Shown here: in pieces, positions 58,631 to 64,000 of the stretch
Numbering within the stretch: position 1 is the first letter of the stretch
Layout of the letters: every line of letters starts with the position of its first letter
Assembly: GCA_012295275.1 (NCBI GenBank)
Contig: CM022677.1
Span: forward strand, 23,808,001-23,872,000
DNA length: 64,000 nt
Direction of reading: 5' to 3'
Origin: Chrysomallon squamiferum
Taxonomy: Eukaryota > Animalia > Mollusca
Made by a program: the position numbers and the translations under genes
The notes under the pieces: generated by a model
Database searches by the model: none
What the model saw: only the letters and a program-made list of their open reading frames with translations
What the model was told of the DNA's origin: nothing

Positions 58631-61062
58631 CAGCAGTATCTTTTGTAAACTACTATTTTCTAAAAGCGTAAAAAAGTTTAAATTATAAATACTATTATTA
58701 AGAAAGGAAACAATTTTATATCAGTAACGTATCTGCGTCCGCGTTTTAAGCGGTGTCTAATTGTGACGTGATCAATAGAAACCATTGCTTCCGCTTGTCT
58801 GCGGAAATATAAAGAATCAGCTTGTGAAAAGAAATAATAATTAAAAAGAAAAATTAACAGAAATATAACTGTATATTTACTTAGAGATTATGTAAGTACA
58901 TCATAAATAATTCTGTTTAATATTGTTACTGGAGGTATTTAATCGAACTATACATAAACACAATTTTAGCGATTCTAGCGATTAGCGTAAGTTATCGCGT
59001 AATAAGTTAATAGTTTCCAAAAAAAAAAAAAAAAAAATGTAAATTATTTAATTTCATTTCAGTATTTTTTTTTTTTATTTAATTGTTTTTTCCTTCCGAC
59101 TCTGTCAGTGAAGTATTTAAAGAATGTAAAATTATGTATATTATTCTACCAACGCTGATTATAAAATCCATATATCATTATATGCAATCATAAGGAAAAA
59201 TATTAATATGAAATGAAACACGTTTTACAGCTGAATAAAAAACATAATTTAGAAAAAATGATGCATTGCCTAACTGCATAACATTTTGAACTGTCAACAA
59301 AGGAATATAATTGCTCTTTAGTCAACGGCAAACAGCGACCCATGTGGCTTTCTCAATGGCACAAGGAAAATAACATTTAGTAGTAGTGCGGCCTGGCAAA
59401 TTGTAAGACACATTGAGTCTTGTTTCTTGAAAAAGGCTGCTCATTTATGACTAATAGTATTGACTACTAGTTTATAAAGAAGATTGTAAAGAATTTTGTT
59501 TTATAATGTGTACCAAATTAAAAGTGGTTGAAATTACAATTTATTATTCTTTTTTTGGCATTTGCCAGATGGAGATTGTACACCATCATTGTCTACAATT
59601 TTGACTTGAACAGTAAAATATAGCGGTACAGTTAGTGTTTTCTTAGAACAGCATTGAAGGACATCCAGTGTGTTTACCAGTTCCAACTTGTGGCTCACAC
59701 TCAGTTTAAAGAGTAGAATTTCATATGTTGCAGTGATACCCCTCTCATTGAAAATGTTGTTCTTATATAATGTTCATGTAGACTAAATGTATTGCATTTT
59801 TAAATTAAATATTTTTCCTGATGCTTAAATTAGAATTAGTGCTATTTTTGCAAAGAAGCATTGTTCACTGAGGATAGATTAAAAGCACTGCTTTTAATAT
59901 TAATAAACACAAATTTTGTGTGATATTTGGAAATAGAAATAAAAAAGACAACTAAATTTAATTATTAACGTTTATTTACTAGATAACATGTAATATGTAT
60001 ATTTACATATATAAATAATCAAATACACAGGCATACAAAATTAAGCCTACCTACACAGTTTGTGATATTAACCTATTTTTTGACTTAATTGCAGTTTAAA
60101 CAATAGTAACAATAACCTTGATGATGATGATGATACAATAATTATAATAATAATCATATTAATACAAAATACAAAATGATAATAATAATCTTAATATCAA
60201 TACAAATAATTATAAAATAAAAATAATACTGCATAAACTCGTATTTTGTCCAAAATGTTTATTTCATTACTAACATTTTTTTCAAAAACCTTGTAACAAA
60301 TTACCAAAATTTTATTTTTCAGTACTATTGTCCTAATTAAATGGCTAGTACCAGTTGTGTTGTAGATATAAAATATTCTCGTTAATATTAAATTTGATAC
60401 ATAGAAACCTGAAAGGTAACCAACAATAACAACAATTGCTATGTGTGATACAGCTTTGGTGTGTAGGAGTTAGATGGTGAATAATGCATTCTAGACATTC
60501 TCTGTCATTCATCTTTGTTTGAAGGATATTGCTTGATCTTATTTTTAAAGGTTTGTCATTAAACTACACACACACACACATACACATGCAGCGATGCACA
60601 TACACGTAAACACAGTGTTAACAGAAATTAAAATGTTCGTATTTCAGTATGATTAAGGAAAATAATTTTTCTTAATTATCTATACTCATGTCTATACAGA
60701 CACACACACGTTTTCGAAAATCACAGTTTGTTTATTTAACTTTTTTAATCTGTTCTCTTATATCAGTCTATCTGTCAATCTTGCTGTCAATCAGTTTTCT
60801 ATATAATCTCTCTCTCTATCTATCTTTCTATGTATCTGTCTGTCTGTTCATGTATCTATCTACGTGAATGTCTGTGTATCACATAATCAATCAGCATATA
60901 ATACAAAACTTTTAAATCTCATTTATCCCAGAGAAATTAAAAACAAAGCTTGCTGGATTTGTTGTTATTGGTCTACACCCACCATGTTTAAAAAAAAAAA
61001 AAACAAACAAACTGTCTTTTTCAAGCCCCAACTTGAACAAACATTTCTGAGACGAAACTACT

Positions 61063-61282
61063 TCATTTCCAGCTTATGAAACTTGAAATTCCACGCATTA
61101 TGCCCATGCTTCGTCTGCTGCCTCTGCTGATTCGGGATCGTGCGTCATCACTTATCTCTGACGAGTCTTGTAATCCGCGGTTGTCGAGGCCAGCGTAACC
61201 TAACACGTCAGACAGCACCATCATTCGCTTCTGTCCCACATCCTCATTCTCCTCCTTTTCTCCCTGCTTCATAGCTCGTATT
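61063..61282 (-). CDS. Gene E cytoplasmic-tail exon (KIRAMKQG...ISSFISWK*)
   Basis: 220 bp phase 2, acceptor ccatcag; Ser/Arg-rich. Confidence 0.8.
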
Positions 61283-63275
61283 CTGATGGAAACATAGAAA
61301 ATGTATTTATTTTGGTTACTTCTTTTATTGTTCTTTTTTTATTTTATTTTATTTTATTTTTTTGGTTTTGTTTCAAGACGTTATAAGGGTGTTTCATATA
61401 TTTTTTTTTCAGCATACATGATTTATGAATTATCAAGTTTTTAAATATTTTAATAATAATTTTGTAATAATACTATTGTCATTATCATCACCCTCATTAT
61501 AATTATCACTACAAGTGTTATTGTAGTTGTTGTTGTTGTTATTTAGTTTATTATCTGTTTATTTCTTATATTTATTTATCTAATTATCTGTCTGTCTATA
61601 TATCTATTTCTGTCTATCTATATCTATCTATCTATCTATATATATATATATATATATCTGTCTATATGTCTATCTGTCTATAACTATATCTATTTATTTA
61701 TCTATTTATTTTTTACTTGTCTATTTAGATATAAATATTCATTTGTGCCTTTCTTATTATTTTCAAGGGTTTTAAATAAGTTCATAAAATAAAATTAAAA
61801 TAAATATAAAATAATAAAATAGACATTTGACCATGGGTAATAGTAATATTAAATCAAATACAGTTTGGAAAATAAATTTTAAATAAATGAAATAATATAA
61901 AACAAAATATTCTTTATAATTTATACCATCTTAGATTCTATGTTAGAGTTAAATAAAAAATGAATCACACATATGATTAAACAGAGTAAAATGAGTTTTT
62001 ACTTTGCATATATGTAACATGCCGTTACCAAGACAACCACAACAAGTGCATTTGCAATCAGAATAATATAAGATGGAGAATCCTTCTGACGAGTGTACAC
62101 AGATTCTTGAAAGAAGAAGCATTAATAAACTAGTTTTAGCAATAAAACACAAGCATGTGTGCACGCACAGAAACACACATGAAAACATTATAAATAAATA
62201 AATATGTCAAAATTGTAATTCAACACGCACACATAATTTATTTAAGTATGTATATTTATGTGTTTGGGAATACATATACACACATGCACATATAATAAAT
62301 ATATCAAAATCGTAATACAATATGCACATATAAATAAATAAATATATCAACATCATAATACAATTTATTTAAGTATGTATATTTACATATACTTGCAAGG
62401 CAATTTATTTAAATTTGTATTTTATTTATGTGTTTGGGATTCCATACATATTTTTACACCATGTGACACATATAATAAATGAATAAATATATCAAATCAT
62501 AACATACCATAATAACGTAAAATGCATGTATTTAAGTATATAGCCTTGTATCATAAATAGTGTTTGGGAATACATGGAGACCTACATATTTAGCCGTTCT
62601 ATGGTTTAAAAATTTGTTGGTAGTGGACATTAAATCAATATTATTTCAACAAATTCTTTTACAATTAAACAAGTTTTTGTTTATTTAGGACCGATATTTA
62701 GTGCATATTTTCCTAGATCATTGTAGACACCGTGCGGCATAACGCCGTTTGGTTTTCTCGCTTTAAAATGTATTTTTATGTCATTAAATAAATATATTTG
62801 GTTTTGTTATTTAAAAAAATGTTTTATACAACAAAATTTATTTTTTGAAAAGCTGAAAGACCGCGATATTTTAGATGTTTCCCGTATATAAAAATATATA
62901 TATATATTCAGCAACACACAAAAGCACATATAATAAAAAAATAACTAATATAGTCTCCCAAAAATTCGACTTATACACAAGTATATACGGTTTGTGTTTG
63001 GGTATATATATATATATATATATATGCACACATTATAAATAAATAAATATATCAAAATCGTAATACAGCAGACATTTATTTGCTGTTGTTTGTCTTACTA
63101 CACATGTCTCCTGTACATGGCTGGTAAGTCAGTAAAGTTGTGTTTCCCGCACAGTCGTCACCCCCAGCTGATGGGCTGGGATTTGTGCAGCTTCTGTTCA
63201 GTTCCACTGATTGATTACAGGACACCAGGCAGGCAGCAGTTTTGACCGTCTCCCAGGGCGACCACTGACCATCAA
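61063..63275 (-). CDS. Gene E (partial, 3' end): TSR + TM + cytoplasmic tail, paralog of gene D
   Basis: complement join(63275-63099,62105-62003,61282-61063). Confidence 0.82.
62003..62105 (-). CDS. Gene E transmembrane exon (..SPSYIILIANALVVVVLVTACYIYAK)
   Basis: 103 bp, same length and phases as the gene D TM exon. Confidence 0.82.
63099..63275 (-). CDS. Gene E last TSR exon
   Basis: 177 bp; VDGQWSPW..CLVSC..RSCTNPSPSAGGDDC..CTGDMC. Confidence 0.9.
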
Positions 63276-63762
63276 CTTAAAACAGACAGATAAACTGTAC
63301 GTAAGTAAAATAAATAGGTAAAAAATAGGTAAGTAGGGAAATAAATAAATAAACAGAAAAAGAATAAAAATTTGTAATACTACTATTGTCATTATAATCG
63401 TAGTCATCATTATTATAATTATCACTATAAGTGTCATTGTTATTATTATAATTATTATTATTATTATTATTATTATTTTATTGTTGTTATTATCATTATG
63501 ATTATTATTTTATACATACTGGCTATACTTCATTATATGATTCACTATAATGGGAAATGCCACAATACATTACAATTTTACAACATATGACAGTTACAAA
63601 GTATTACAATCAGAACATGGCCATTACAAAGTATAATTACAATATACTACCACATGATACACACAAAATATTAAAATTACAACATGACATTTACAAAGTA
63701 TTATAATAACAGCATTACAACATATGACAGTTACAAAGGTATTATAATTACAACATAGGACA

Positions 63763-64000
63763 CATGGTACCTTGACTTACAAGTTTAATTTGTTTCATGC
63801 CCGAGCTCAATTTGCACCTATATCAAATCAATTTTCCCAGCTGAAATTAATTGAAATACCATTAATCCATTCCAGACCCCCAAACCACCACATTGTTTTT
63901 GTAAGAAAAATGTATTTATAAATGACATATATTGTATAAAAAAAAAAAAACTATATAAAAGAGAATGTAAAGAAATAAATTAGTTTTGTAAATTTATTTT
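63763..64000. mobile_element. Second copy (one end) of the Tigger-like element at 10173
   Basis: tggtaccttgacttac...ctgaaattaattgaaa...gagaatgtaaagaaataaatt matches 10176-10395. Confidence 0.8.

Noticed and set aside
58100-61000. Possible additional gene between E and D
   Set aside because: No TSR, signal or TM-like exon found by eye; AT-rich sequence consistent with gene E 3' UTR and gene D upstream region.

Overview
AT-rich, microsatellite-dense animal genomic DNA (lophotrochozoan/mollusc-like by inference only). Most ORFs in the supplied track are microsatellite artefacts. Reading splice sites by hand resolves a tandem cluster of seven related cell-surface protein genes built from thrombospondin type-1 repeat (TSR) exons. 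There are 37 TSR exons, all phase 1-1 and one domain per exon. Gene A (-, 3257 to off the left edge): signal peptide and at least 4 TSR. Gene B (+, 4983-12474): SP, 7 TSR, hydrophobic tail. Gene C (+, 15535-20022): SP, 4 TSR, spacer, GPI-like tail. Gene G (-, 30017-22615): SP, 676-aa mucin/His-Lys repeat ectodomain with no TSR, TM, tail with YENPAY. Gene F (-, 34281-32278): SP, mucin, 1 TSR, TM, tail. Gene D (-, 57611-36400): SP, 20 TSR, TM, tail. Gene E (-, 3' end only, 63275-61063): TSR, TM, tail. The cluster shows exon duplication, an inter-paralog conversion-like tract, alternative terminal exons, four GC-AG introns, tandem repeats that copy splice junctions, and perfect CRE palindromes upstream of four genes. 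Also present are Tigger/pogo and MULE relics, a Tc1/mariner-type and a hAT-type MITE, and a 3.4-kb purine satellite. All gene models are manual and unverified by transcripts.
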